From positions 248,001 through 312,000 of the forward strand of contig CDMY01000405.1 of NCBI GenBank assembly GCA_001179505.1: a stretch of 64,000 nucleotides of DNA. The letters run 5' to 3'. Both the position numbers and the translations under genes were made by a program. Positions 10,188-23,883 of the stretch are shown here, in pieces (within the stretch, counting starts at the first letter, position 1; each line of letters begins with the position of its first letter). The notes beneath the pieces are model-generated. The model was given only the letters and a program-made list of their open reading frames with translations. It was not told the origin of the DNA and searched no databases. Origin of the DNA: Vitrella brassicaformis CCMP3155. Lineage: Eukaryota; Protista; Chromerida.

Positions 10188-13100
10188 TCAGCCCTTCTGC
10201 TCGACGCCTTCCCGCCCGGGTGCTGCACCCAGCAGCTGGCGCAGCGGGTCACCACACGAGGAGGGGCCCTCGATGGACAATCCACACACAGGCTGGTCCG
10301 AGTAGCCCCGCGACGGCTCCAGCTGGGCCTCGATGCTCCTGTCCAGCTCTCCATTTTTCTCCGTCGCAGCCTCGCCCGCTTCATCGCCAGATGACAGAGA
10401 CAGAGAGGGCGGCGGCATCGAGTGCCGGCCGGTGGAGGGCTGCACGATCGACTGCTCGCTGACGGCGCTGCCGGAGCGGTCCATCAGCAGCGACCCGGGT
10501 TCGCTCACCGGCGGCACCGACGGCAGCATGGTATCAGGGGGGTCAAGGGGCGACCGGGGAGAGGACGGCAGGTTGGTGGCTGAGCAGAACCGGCCCAGCG
10601 GGGGGTGGCCGTTGGATGTGGAGCGGCCTCTCCGGTCGGGGTATGCGCGGCGGTCGACGGCGCTGCCGTCTGCGGGGCTTGCCTCGGCGCTGGGGAACTC
10701 AGGGATTCCCCGCGACGGCTCGGCGGCCGTGAAAGGATGAACAGTGTGGTGCGATTTCCATACAGCCAAATTCCTCTGAAGAACAGAGAGAGACCAAGGA
10801 ACAGGTGCAGGCCTGCCTCGCGTCATCTCGTGTGCTGTGCATGGCTACGTTACGTACCAGGTGGTGGTGCGATGGATCGAAGACAGCCGTTTCACACTGA
10901 GGGGGCGGCCTGGGTGTGAGGGAAAATGGGGACGTCGGAAGCTGGTACTGCAGACACGGCGAACGGGGGAAGCTTGACATCCCAGGGTGCATCCGCGACT
11001 GCCGCACAAAGGGGTGCAAGCTCACACCCCCGGCAGCACCAGCGGCAGCTCCCTTGCCCCTCGCAGCAGCACTGGCCGCATCGTGGCTCGACATGGGCAG
11101 GGCGAACGGACCGTCCCCCTCCTGGACGCGCCAGTCGGGGAGCAGCTCACCGAGGTTGAGAGAGTGGACCTCCTCGAAGTGCCGGGTGTGTGTGTTGGCC
11201 ATGAAGGCGATGTCGCCGTCGCCCACGGCCGATGTGGGCTGGCACCGGAGGGTGTAGACGTCGTTGGATGTGTGGACGGCGGCATAGATGGAGGTCCACA
11301 TGGGTTCCCGGCCCGCGATGTGCCGACTCCGAGAGATGAGCAGGAGCGATGGGGCCGACACGGAACGTCTGAACAGGGAGGGATAAACAAACGCACACAG
11401 GCCGGTGGGCGCTGTGGTTCGTATGCTTGTCACAGGTAGGTAGCGTACCTGATGAATCCACCGGCCTCCTCTGCCCGGCCAGCTGCCTCTGCCCCTGCCT
11501 CCCCCTCTCCCTGCTCCTCTTGACCTTCTTCTCCCATCTCTGCCTCGCCCTCCCGCTCGCCTTCCTCCTCCAGTATCTCGATCTCCAAACCCCGGTGACC
11601 CCTGTCTGTCGGCCCGCGGTAATGGCCGCCGCCCATGCGCACGGAAGACACGACGCCCTCCTTGCTCGTTTGTTGGGATGGGAGGGGTGACGGTGCGGGT
11701 GAGGGCCACGCTGACCCCATCACCGACCGCATCGTGGACGAGGGGGTGTCGCGGGTGGCGGAGGAGGGATGACCGGTGGACGACGCCAGATCGTCCTCTG
11801 ATGCAGACACAGGTGGGCAGCGAGCAGTGTAGGCCTGGGTGTGCTCTCTCGTGTGTCCCCTTCCTTCTTGGCCACACTTACCAGAGACTTTGGCCTTGAT
11901 GTGTCTACTGGACTTGCTGCCGCTGGGGACGAGGGTGTTAACGTGCTGCTGGGCAGGCCCGCCGAGCGACGTGCAGACGCTCTGACTGTGTCGCACTGTC
12001 TTCTGTTCCGCCCTGTGCTCCCGTCTCTTGTCCTCGGGCTGCGACTCCTCAAAGATGGTCTGCAGAGCCTGAATGAGGTTGTCGAGGCCGAAGAGGTACT
12101 CCTCGTCGGGGCTGGGGTTCTCCAGCAGCGTCGTCGTGTTGGCGAAGTCTATCATCTTGACGTCCAGCGACTGACACACGGCAGGGAGGGAGGGAGGGAG
12201 GGAGAGTGCGTGAGCATGCCGCCCCGTCGACGCGTTTTGTTTCGTTTTTCGTCTCGTCTTGCCCACCTTGACCTTTTTCTCCTGGTTGCTCTCGCCCCCG
12301 TCGTAAACAATCAGCAGCGAAGAAGACCAAAACCGCCAGTGCTTCAAGCCACGGATGCCTGATGGGATGGACACACACACACAGGGCGGGGATGCGGTGC
12401 TCGTCGTGTGCGTCTGTGCGTGTGGTACACACAGTTTCTGAGTGCGGTGAGTTTGCCGATGAGGGGCTGCACGAGCTCCAGCTGGAAGCGCCAACCGTTC
12501 CAGAAGAAACACTTCAACGCACTCTGGATCTTCCCTGCACACGCACAGACACAGACACAGACACAGACACACACACGCACGCACACACACTCGCGCGTGT
12601 GATGGAGAGAAGATCGGTGTCAACCCACCGCCACCCACCGACCTGACGTGAGTTGTCGGCCCCAGTACTTGTCACGGTAATGCATGTAGTCATTCTTCTC
12701 GTCATAAAACTGACAGCAGCAGCAACGCACACGCGCGTATGACATCTCAGCTCCCTCTCTCCCTCCCTCCCTCCCCCCCTCGGTCACTCCCTCACTCACC
12801 CGGAATCCACAGAAGCGGAATCCCAGCGAGTGGCTTGTTGTCTTCATGGCCTTCTCCAGCTGTCGCCTCTCCTTCCGCGGGGAGGCGTCCCGCTTCCTCT
12901 GCCGCTTGCCCATCTTGATGTCCAAGATGCACGCCTTCTTAAAGTCGTGAACCAAGTCCTGCAGGATCAGATATGTCACGCCACGACGCCGCGGCACGGC
13001 ATGAGCGGGGGGAGGGGTGGGGGTGGGGGATGGGATGGGGGTAGCGCGGCCAGAGGCGGTGTCGGCGGTCTCGCTGGGAGGGCTGCAGATGGACGGCGGA

Positions 13101-13493
13101 GGGGTGGGGGGCTCCCGCAGTCCGCTCTGGTAGGTGCCCTCTCCTCGGCTGTCCGTGTCGACCTCTAGCTCGATCTCCACTGTGCCATGGTACTTGGGGA
13201 CGAAGCGGCGGAGTATCTCCAAGGGCACAAACTCCGTCGACGACGCACCGAGGGAGCGAAGACGCTCGTAAAACTGCACACACCACACAGTGACAACAAG
13301 AGGCGTCAATCAGTCACTGCCAGTGGAGTGTGGCAACCACGCAAACTGCGAAGGTGCCTGAGTGTGTGTGTGTGTGGGCCGCGTCCTGTACCCGGTGTTC
13401 ATTCTCATTCCATGGCTTGTAGAGCTTGGAGGAGTCCTGGAGTTTGACCAATCTACAGTGGCCGCCCACTTGGTTCTGGTAACGCTGCAGCAT
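10188..13493 (-). CDS. Inositol polyphosphate kinase (IPK/IP6K/IPMK family) with a long C-terminal extension
   Basis: QVGGH, LILQDL...ILDIKMG, SLGFRFCG, SSSLLIVYD and KMIDFA motifs occur in order. Phase-compatible exons continue to a stop at 10188. Confidence 0.92.
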
Positions 13494-13730
13494 CTTGATT
13501 CACGCCTGACGCTGGCAGTGCCGAAGCGAACCAGGCTGCCGCTGCCGCCACGCGGCTGTCATCGAGGCTTTCATGCAGCTATCATCGCGGGTCTCGCCAT
13601 CACCTCCAGTTAGCCACCCGCATCTCCATCCACAAACACTTTGGCCGAACGAGCTCACGGATCCAGCACACTGTGTGTGTGTGCGTGTAGAACGCTTTGC
13701 TCCTCTTCCCTGCCTTCAGCGCAAGCTCAA

Positions 13731-13738
13731 AGCTCGCA
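13731..13738 (-). promoter_or_regulatory. TGCGAGCT element (AGCTCGCA on +)
   Basis: In the spacer between 13493(-) and 13775(+). Confidence 0.55.
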
Positions 13739-13774
13739 GAGGCGAAGCGGGAGCCTCTGAATGCTGAGCGCAGA

Positions 13775-15565
13775 ATGTATTCCGAGATGTATACAGTCAG
13801 GGCAGATAGTTGCGGAGGTGTGTCCGAGAACGGTCTGGTGTGCCTGCCGGGCCTGAAGGGCCTCACGAGAGAGGCGAGGCTGGAGGCATTGAGGGCCATC
13901 ACCACCGGCCCTTTCTTGCCCAAAGTTGACGCCGATGGCTACATCCGCTCCGACTTCTGGGTCGACCTCAGCCCTGACGGCACCGACTCCACCACCAGCG
14001 GCGGGGACGCCGCCGGGGAAAACATTCGCCCCATCGATAGCGACACGGTGAGAGAAGCAGAAATGCCACACCAGCGGGCCGCCTGGCGTGGGTGACCCCT
14101 TCCCTTTCTGCTGATCCTCTCTCCTCTCTCTGTCCCCTTCAGGTAGAGTTGCTTACCAAGTTTTTGCATGCGGACTGGCGCCGGCTGGCTCAGCGGCTCA
14201 TCGACCTGCACACAGGCACGCTGCAGAGCGTGCTGCAGCGTGACTGGGAAGCGCACTGCGCCGAGCGGTGGGCGTCCATGACGGCGGACGAGCGCAAGCG
14301 ACTGGGCGTCGAGAAGAACCCTCAGGAGATCTGGCTTAAGAGCCGCCGTGGCATCAGTCGCGCAGGTGAGCAGAGACAAGCAAAGGACGAGGCACAACTC
14401 ATCGCTCGAACAAACAAAACCGTTGTGTGGTGGTCTCTCTCTCACTCTCTCTGTGTGTGTGTCAGTTCGCATTGGTTGGATTCCGGTGACGAGCATTTTC
14501 TACGCGTTGCCGCATAGAGTGGTTGAGGAGGCGGCGCAGCGCCACTGTCCCATCCCCATGGAGGAGCTCGTGCTAGCATACCTGCCCAAAGGACAGTACT
14601 CATCGCTCGCACTCGTCTGCCGGTGAGGCTGTGAGACGACCAGCAAGGGATGGAGGGAGGATGGGACACAGAGGAATGCCGAGGGGGGCAGATTCTGTCT
14701 GTCTGTCTGTGTCTGTGTGTGTTGTGTATGTATGGCCAGTGCGTTTGACTCCGCCGTGCGGCAGCCCAACCTGTTTGCCGATCCTCTGTTTTTGCTCTCC
14801 CCGACACACTCACTCAGCGAGAACACCACCATCCTGGAGAAGATGGCCCGGCTGCCCGACGACGGAGTTGGATTCCTGGTGAGTGAGAGGCTATACACAC
14901 ATGTCAGTCAGCCAACGACTTGCCTGCACATTCATCCCTCTGTTTGTTGTGTATGGTGTGTGTCCTACTAGGCGTTTGGTGAGGTGTGCGCGCGTTTCCA
15001 GCTGCCCCGGTTCGGCCGCTCGCTGACCCCGGTAGGCCCTGGAACCAGAGAAAGACCACACTGATGGCTGACCTGCATTGCGTACTCATCCCTCTGATGT
15101 GTGTCTGGTACCACCTAGGCCTTCTACACGCTGTGGAGCAACCTGCCGGCCACCCACATCATCAAGAAGGACGCGCGACTCAAGAAACTCATCTTGATCC
15201 ACGCCCCCCGCATCACCATCAAGATCAAGACACCCCAGCAGCAGAACCAGAACCAGCCCCCACCCGCCATCCCCGCACCGCCCAACGCAGCGGCACCAGC
15301 AGCTGCTGCAGCTGCTGCTGGTGGTGCTGTCCCGGCCCTGCCGCCGCCACCCGTCCCGGGGGTGGCGCAGGACGACGACGATGACGAGGGTGTGGGGCCG
15401 GGGGGGTGCCTCCGTAGGAGCACCAGCGCCGACAGGATGCCCAGGGCGGGCAGACGGGGCGGCAGCACGGCGGCGGGCACACAGGAGACGGGCGGCGCAT
15501 TGTCGCGCCTGTCGGGCATGCTCCGCCGCTACATCGGGCGATACCGCACCACTGACGACCTCTGA
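13775..15565 (+). CDS. Multi-exon hypothetical protein with a Pro/Ala-rich C-terminus
   Basis: Exons MYSEMYTVRADSC.../VELLTKFLHADWRRL.../VRIGWIPV.../ENTTILEK.../AFGE/AFYTLWSNLP...TTDDL*, with GT-AG boundaries. Confidence 0.7.
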
Positions 15566-16445
15566 GTGAGACAGAGGGAGACAGCGCAGTGAGTGAGTTG
15601 GAGGATAGAAGCAAGTAGGGGCAGGAACCGCTGGCCGGCGGGCTGGTTGGCTGGCTGGCTGGCTGGGGGCAGTGAGTGAGGCGCAGTGAGTGAGCGGTTC
15701 CCTAAGCTCTTGATTGATCGTGGTTAATCTGTGCTGTGTGCATGGGGCAGGGGAGGGTGAAGTGTGGTGTGGTGTGTGGTGGTGTGGTGGGCTGGATGGG
15801 GGCGGCTGGCACCTGCATGTGATGTGTTAGGTTCGGGTAGACAGGCTGCTGTGAGTGGTAGATGGTTTGAATCGCTGCTGGTCTGTCTGTCTGTCTGTCT
15901 GTCTCAAATGCGTACGTAACAGTTGGGCCTGGCTGCCTGGCTGGCTGGCTGGCTGGTTGGCTGGCTGGCTGCGTGTGTAAGAGAGTTGCGGGGCGGAAGG
16001 TGAAGTGGCTGCGTAAGGAACATTCGTGAAGTGGCTGGAATTGATGATCTGATCGATGAATGCGATTCTGGCTGCCGTGGGTGTTGGTGCTGGCTGGTTC
16101 GAGGTTTGCCGAGGACGTCTCAGACGGCGTCCGCGGCGACCAACGAGGCAGCCAAGCCCAGCAGCCACGTGTGCCAGTTACATAACTGACTGCTCGTGTG
16201 TGTCTGTGCCAGTTTAATGGCCGTGTCGCATACTTGCGTACAGACCGTTGACATCGACATACATTGACGCATGCATACATTGACGCTGAATCGTGTCAAA
16301 ACCGTCAAGCTTATCACGCGCACACACATAGAAACGGACACGTGGATGCAAGGATAGCTACTGTTTATTTACAATGAAGGTACGACTCCGCTTGGCCGGC
16401 TGCGATAGTGACTCAGCCCGCATGTGTTGCCTTCCTCCGCCGTGC

Positions 16446-19400
16446 TCAGCTGCAACAGGAAAGGCAAGGCATGGACATCAATCCTCCATCTGGTCAGCTC
16501 AGCTGAGCTATTGTCGCTGAAAACCGACCCACTCACCGATTGTATCTCTTTCTCTTGGTGCCTCTGTACCCGTGGCTGCCGCTCAGAGATGACTGCACAA
16601 TACGGCTGGACACATCAGACAGACAGACAGACAGATCTGTGGGTGCCTGTCTAAGCGCATGGTTGGCGTCATCTACCGTGAGAAGAATGTGGTGATTTTG
16701 GTCTGTGTGGCGTTGGCTTGCGAGTCATCCTTCGGCAGCGTCCTGCAGTGGAGGGAAGATGAACAGCAAGCTTGCAGACAAGGATGTGCGTGTCATGTGC
16801 ACCAGTGAATGGGGTCGCTGCGAAGTATGCTGCACAGAACACACACACACACACACACACACACGTTCACACACACATGGCACACCGAGAGCTAGACAGA
16901 CGGCGCCTTCCTATTGTGTCGCCCTACCCAGTCACAGTGAAGAATTTGGAGATGGCTTGGTGCCAGGTGCGTCGAGCGGGTTTGCCGAAGACCTTGTTGC
17001 ACGGCAGCGGCTTCCCGCACAGATGATCGTCTATGTCCTTGTTCGTGTAGCCCTCCACGCCGTCATACTCGTCACCCTCACCGCTCTCGAGCACCTCCAC
17101 CCCCCTCTCCCTCAGCTGCTGCCTCTCCTTGGCCTTGCTCTCGGCGATGGCCTGCCGATCCCAACGCCACTCCTCCTCGATATACTGGTCGTCGTCCCAC
17201 ATGGCGATGTCGAAGCGGGCGTCGCCACCGTCCGTGTCCATCTGCCACAGCTGCCGGTTCCACACATAGCGACGGCTGAACGGCGCCACCTGCACACACA
17301 TCCATCCATCCATGCACAATTCATTTGGTCCGTCCTCCAACGCTCGGTTTGTCCATCCATGTAGACACGAACGTACCGATGGACGGTCTACGGGGACGAT
17401 CTGGTCGTCTGTCGTGCGATCCATCACCCCAAGCACGCTGATCTCGGAGTGCTTGCTCTGGTCATGCCGGGCGTCGTTGTCGTACTCGGACTCGAAGTCG
17501 CCCTTCATCCACTCCTCGTCCAGCAGGCTCCCACCGCCGTACAGAATCAACTCACTGGAACAAAGGTACACACGGATGGATGGATGGATGGATGGAAGAT
17601 GGATGGATGGAAGGGATGTCTCCCTACATGCCCGCGTTGCATACAGCACTCACTCACCTGCCTGTCCACACGGCAGCTGCACATGCTGCTGGCGGTGGCT
17701 CGTAGGGTTTGTAGCGCTCGTGGGGGGATGACTGTCGGGGAATCATGTTGGGGTGAGGGGCTGCGGCGCATGTCTTCTGAGGCTGTGTGGCGAATGACGG
17801 CCTGCTGAACCGGCCAGTCTTGGTGTCGAAGATAACCGTCTTGACGCCACCCAACACTCCGATCTCGCCATAAACGGCGTAGGGCACATTGATGACGATC
17901 TTGTCACCTGCACATGACCAAACAAGGGGGTGGTGAAATATATATGCCCAGCTCGGTCGTTTGGCTGTCACTGACCTGCCAGCACAGCTGTGTGGCGGGC
18001 GAAGTCGCATCGGTGCTCGCCGTACGACGCGCCCACACCACGCGCCAAGTAGGGCCCGACAGCCGCTGACCAGAAGAAAGGCATGCGTGTTGCATCTGCA
18101 TGTGAGCCGATGGAGGTCACTGACCATCGACTGTCGGGTTGGTGCCGGGGTTGGTGCCGCGGGCAATCCATGGGAGGTGATCGAACTCAATCCACCTGTC
18201 ACACGGCACAGCCAAAAGGGAGCGTCGCAACAAGCAGACGCAACGAGGCCAGGGGAGGGGAGGGGGGGTGAGGTGACGCGGAATGGCTCGCGAACGTTTT
18301 GGTCTTTCCGTCGAAGATGTCGAGGGCTGGAGGCTGCGCGAAACCCACAGGTCCGAACAGGTCGTCACTCTCGAAAGAGTCACAGTCCGCGAAGTTGTCG
18401 TCCAAGTCCCACTCTGCAGACACACACACGCAGACACACATGAGCAAGGATCATTGTACATACGACTTATCTGGTGGCTAGCATACCCTCTCCGCCTATA
18501 ATGAAGACATAGCGGTCCTTGACGAGGGTGGCCGTGTGGTTCAGACGGGCTGTCGGACGGAGGCCGCTCACATTGCCATCACTGCATACAAACACATGCA
18601 GGCAGGCACACAACATCGTTGACAATGTCTGGCAAGGTCCTCACCTGTCGTCGAATGACCAGGTCGCCACGTCGACAACGGTCGAAGAACTCAATGCGTC
18701 TCTGCCAGGAAGAACGAGCAACAGGGGAATAGAATTCGAGCGCGTTGCGTGTGTGCTTGTGTGGGGAGCCGGCTGCCTCACTCAGCTGTGTAGTCTTTGC
18801 CGCCGAAGATGAAGATGAAGCCCTGTGGGTGTGCAGACGACCGGATGGGCACAAACGTACACGTGAAGTACCGACTGCAGCAAACGATCCACATGCGAAG
18901 GGAAAGACACTTGTGGCATGGCACACGTGGCCATGGACTTCTTCTCATTTCGCCCGCAAGCCTACCAATCGACAGGCGGGGTCTTGTCATCTCGTCGCTT
19001 TTTCCTGACCTCCCCCTCCCCTCCTTTGAGCTCTCGCTTGCTCAACCACCGATACTCCCAACCGTCCTTGCGATTCATCTCCAGCACACCCCAGAAGTCC
19101 TCTTTGTTGCGTGTGTCGCGAGGGCCGGTCGGGCCGCCCACTGCGAAGTAGAATCGCGGCGACGGGGGGCGGGCGGTGTGCGTGGGCAGGGGCGATTTGA
19201 GGTTGATGCATGTGAGTGTGAGGGCGTCGGATGATGCGGGCGGGGTGCCGTCGACCACACACTGCTCCCACTCGTACTTGCCAGTGCAGAGCAGGGACCG
19301 CAACGACACACTGTCAGTCAACGGAAAGCACACAGCACCCCATACAAAGGTAGTGAGAGCTTGTGGTTGTGTGTTTTGCGTTCTGCCTACCGCCACAGGT

Positions 19401-20210
19401 CGGTTTTGTAGCTTTTGTGCTCATCTCTGCCGCCAACCACACCACCTGACATTTGACCAAAAGGACAAACAAACAAGCAAACGATCCATAACAGTATAAG
19501 CCGGCCAGCCAGCCAGCCAGCCAGCCAGGCTACCGAAGACGTAGAGGTGACTGCGCAGGATGAAGATGCTCGGGCGGCTCCGCCTCATGTCATCCATCGG
19601 GTTGACGCAGCTGGCCTTGCCCCACCGCAGCTCACCCAAAGTTGGGTTGGTAGCGAAGTCCTTGAGCACTGCGCCTCGACGAACGGCCCCGCGGTAGGCG
19701 CTCTCGGGCAGAGGGGCGTACTTGGGCGCGTTTGTGGCCATCGGTGAGGGGTGGGTCCGGGGTCGGTGGGCCGCCCCCTCAATGAGTCGAATGTTGGTCT
19801 TCTTGGCGAACGAGCGCCGATACTGCACTCACACACAAAAGCATAGACGCATCAATGAAGGAGGGATGCGTGTGTGGCCGAACGAGGCGCCCGTGCTCGT
19901 GTGTGCAGCCACAGGTACCTGCAGCTGCCAGATGCCTGATGAGTTGTTCGGGTGCAGCAGGGCCGTGATCTCCTTGCAAACTGCCCACGCACACACAGGC
20001 GACGAAACGAAATGTCAGATCAATTCATGGGCCTTCAGCAACGTGAGGCTCCCGGCCTCCTTCTCCATCGCGCAACGCCCTTCCTGGCTGCCTGTGTTCC
20101 AGCAGCTTGTGTTGCTCACCTGATTCGAGCTTTAGAAGTTCGGGCACGTCGAGGTAAGGGAATAAGTACCACACTACGTCAAATAGCTGCTGCTGCGGCG
20201 TGGCGGCCAT
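16446..20210 (-). CDS. F-box / kelch-like beta-propeller protein with C-terminal PIP-box-like motifs
   Basis: N-terminal LFDVVWYLFPYLDVPELLKLESVCKEI is F-box-like. Kelch-like blades include HLYVFG, FYFAVGG, FIFIFGG and YAVYG...GG. The acidic tail carries QTKITTFF. Confidence 0.8.
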
Positions 20211-20258
20211 CCTCACACACCTAATGCGTACAATACACTTCTCTTTCCACTGTTTCTC

Positions 20259-20266
20259 AGCTCGCA
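20259..20266 (-). promoter_or_regulatory. TGCGAGCT element (AGCTCGCA on +)
   Basis: In the 128-bp spacer between 20210(-) and 20339(+). Confidence 0.55.
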
Positions 20267-20338
20267 ATTTTTGGTCGACACCGGCAAACACCACAAGGCA
20301 GTCAGCCATCGCACGATGCTCCCATTCCAGCCCCTGAT

Positions 20339-22714
20339 ATGATGCCGCCATCCATTCTGATCCTCATCCATGGGATTCTCTGCAATGGGATGGCGGCGGC
20401 ATCCTCGGTGCTCTCAGCTCAGGAGGACTCATCGCTCGATGCCACCAGGAGATCCCATCGGCACAGCAGCCCTCAAGCACGACTTGCAAGGCGCCGCCGA
20501 TGGCTCGGGCTGAACAATGAGTCGAGTTCGTTTGAGGAGGGTGGCAGCAGCAGCAGCAGCAGCAGTGCAGCAACGGCCTCATATGATCCCATCGCTGATG
20601 ATCCCCAGCAACACCACCACCATCATCACGGTGCATTTTATCCTATCAACACACGTCTTGCTTTGGGCAGTGTTGCAAGGTCCAAGGCACTGCACCACCT
20701 GGACCGTCAAGGGAGGGCGGGGGGGCTTGTGGATGAGGCGGCGGTGCGTGCGGTGATGGCCGATCAGAGGGGCACACACTTGTTACACAACCATGGTGCG
20801 GGTGGTTCGGCGGCACGGCCCCTGCCGGCCGTCGACACGCAGAGCGAGGCGCTGTCGGCCATGGGGCTGACGGACAATGGGGCGGTAGCTGACACACCGC
20901 CACCTAGCTTCGTGGACGAAACAGCCACATCGACCAGCACACCGAGGATTGTACCTGACGCCGGTGGGTGATCCCAATCTGACTTCTGCAACCGACTTGC
21001 AAAGCCTGGTTTCTGTGTGCCTGTGTGTCAGCCCGTGACTTCCAGCCACTGGACACATCCTTGGGCTACCTGCTGAGTGCGCCACTGATTCCACAACAAA
21101 GGTAGACTGAGCCGATAGATAATACGCCACACACTCTGTCTGTCAGTGTCTGATGCCATCGTCTGTCCGTCTACACCCGCAGGCCAGCGAGTGCGATGAA
21201 CACGTCTCGCGTCGAGTGGCGGCCATGCCCCGAGACCAACAACATACCAACCACACTTATCGTCAGGGCACAATCGGTCAGCTGAGACGACAGTACACAA
21301 CGGACACACACGGAGAAATTAGGTTGCTCGGATCGGTTCAGGAGTGCAGCGGCAGCGGCCCGCACAGAGGAGGGCTGTGGACCGATATCGATAACATTCC
21401 GTGAGCGGCACACATGCACACAAATGGATGGAGGGATGGACGGATTGACGGATGGATGGATGGATGGATTGACGGATGGATGCTTTGCAGTGTCTTTGAA
21501 TTTTCCGGCGAGACTTTGGTGTTTGACTTCCGCGACAACCAGGCCACGCTGCCACTCTTCTATGGAGGTGCGCAAGTGGGCGGGCGAGTCTCCCCCTCCC
21601 CCCATCCCTCCCTCCCTCCCTCCCCTCATGTGTGTGTGTGTGCAGATGTGTGGGTGCACGTGGTCAACGACACCTCGACGGTGGTCGGTTCGCTCAACAC
21701 CAACCTGAGCCCCATGTCTCTCGTCAAGCCCTCGGTGACCACGGCCAGGTTCGCCGACTGCACCGGCAAGGCCCTCTACAAACTCACCGAGGAGGCCGAC
21801 GTCAGCACCGTTGCACAAGACACCACCTTTCTGACATACACTCTCGCTGACGATAAGGTGAGCAGGTGACCCACAGGCCGGCGGGGGCGGCTGTTTCTCT
21901 GTGTGCAGATGTGTGGGTGTGTGTGTTTGTGCGTGTGTGTAGGGTGTGTTGGGTCAGGTGAAGAGCAAGCTGGGCGACACGAAGCTCTATGTGATAGACC
22001 ACGACGGCAACAGGGTCGCCACCATCACCAGGCAAGTCACTCCTGTACACCACACCCACGGCCACCTCATCTCACACAGGTGATCGATGATGCAGGAGTG
22101 GTAGTTGGGCTGCGAAGGACAGGACGTTCTGCGGCCAACATGCATTCTGGAGCGTTCAATACTCTAATGCACCTGTAGGTGTGCACGTGACGTGACATCT
22201 TCCGGCCACAAAGGAGAGAGACATAGCACACGACTTGTGTGTGTGTCCATTCCATCTCATGTGTGTCAGGATGGGCCTTTCCTGGCCCAAGCAGAGCAGC
22301 GGTGGGTGGTGGCTTCGCTCATAACAGTCAAGTCGATATGGGACGAGAGCCGTGACCCCTCCACAGGCGTCGTCCACTCATTCGCATGGCCAAACTTCTT
22401 GGTCGGTGGTTCGTGTGGGTATACGTGCTGATGGTGTGTGATGCTGTCTGTGTGCGGTGTCCTCCATGCAGATGTACCTGGTTGTGGTGGTGGTAGTGCC
22501 CCTGGGCACCATCCTGGCTGTCGTGCTCTTCCTATACTGCTGCCAAAACAACGTCCTCAGGCTCATACAAAACATCGAAAAGGCGGTACACACGCCCGCA
22601 CAGGCGCATCAAGGCGGTCTGTGTCTGTCTGTGTCTGTCTGTGTGGGTCTGTGTGTGCAGGTGATGCCCGAGCGGCGCTTCAAGTCGCTGCGGTATCAGG
22701 ACCCCATCACATGA
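20339..22714 (+). CDS. Probable type I membrane protein with a beta-rich ectodomain (possibly LURP/scramblase-like)
   Basis: Hydrophobic N-terminus, low-complexity region, beta-rich exons (DVWVHVVNDT...ARFADCTGKALYKL...LYVIDHDGNRVATI), TM helix YLVVVVVVPLGTILAVVLFLYCC, tail ...YQDPIT*. Confidence 0.7.
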
Positions 22715-23159
22715 CGACTGACTGAAGGACAGACCGACAGCTAGCTGTAGCTGAAGGAGTAGGTGTGGACGGTTGGTTGGAGGATGGGTGTACGTGTGAG
22801 TGACGTTCCCGTGTGTGTGCGTGAGAGTGTGAATATTTCTCGTCCTCCCCTGACTGACTTCATTGCAATGACTCATTCATTTCTACGTCAATGAAACGCA
22901 CATTGCACGGTTCGTTGTGTTCACACACACACACACACAGAGACGGAGAGAGGGAGAGGGGGAGAGAGTACTCGAAGCAGTTAGTAGTGCGTGGCCCCAC
23001 ACACATCCACACCTTCAGCACATGCAGCATAAAAACAGACAGCCTCAGCCTTCATGTCACTGACCTCAAAACACACATACACACACAGATACAGAGAGAG
23101 AGAGCGCCACCACCCCAATCCACCGACCAATCTCAGTCACCACCCCTCAAATTAGTCAG

Positions 23160-23850
23160 TCAATCACTCTTGGGCACCTCCTCATAGCTGCTGTCACCAT
23201 CGCCCCCCTGCCCGCCCATCCCCATCCCCAGCCCCTCAGGAAACGCACTCGGCGACAGCCCCATTGCCGACGGGTGCATCGTCGGCCCCATCGGCGGCAC
23301 CATTGGCCGTCTGCTCGGAAGGTGGTCGTTGCCGTGCGTGCTGGTGTGGCCTGGTGCGGCGGTGCCGGTGGGCAGGGAACCGGAGGCTGCTGCTGCTGCT
23401 GCCGCTGCGTCATTTGGGAACGGCAGTATGTTTCCGAAGTAGAAGTGCTGGATGACGGGCACCTTGCTCCACACCTCGGCCTGGTACATCTTCATCAAAC
23501 CGCTGTTGACCTTCTTCCTAAGCACACACACACACACAGGGAGGGAGGGACACACGGGGACACACGGTCGGTCGGCGAGTGCATCCGTCTGTCTGTCTGG
23601 CTGGCTGTCTGGCTGCCTACCATGTGGGGACGGCCGTGATGTCGTTGAGGAGCGGGGCGCACTCACCGAAGGGCACGCCCTTCTTCATCTGACCGAAATC
23701 CATAAACACCCCTCTCTGCTTGCTCGTCTCGTCCGCTGCCCTGCTCCCTATCTGTCTGTCTGTGTATACCTACCTCCTGTATGGCCTTGATGGCATTGAT
23801 GTAGAGATACTGATCCGCATAGTCTGCCACAATCGTCCGATCCAACGCCT

Positions 23851-23883
<33 letters not shown>

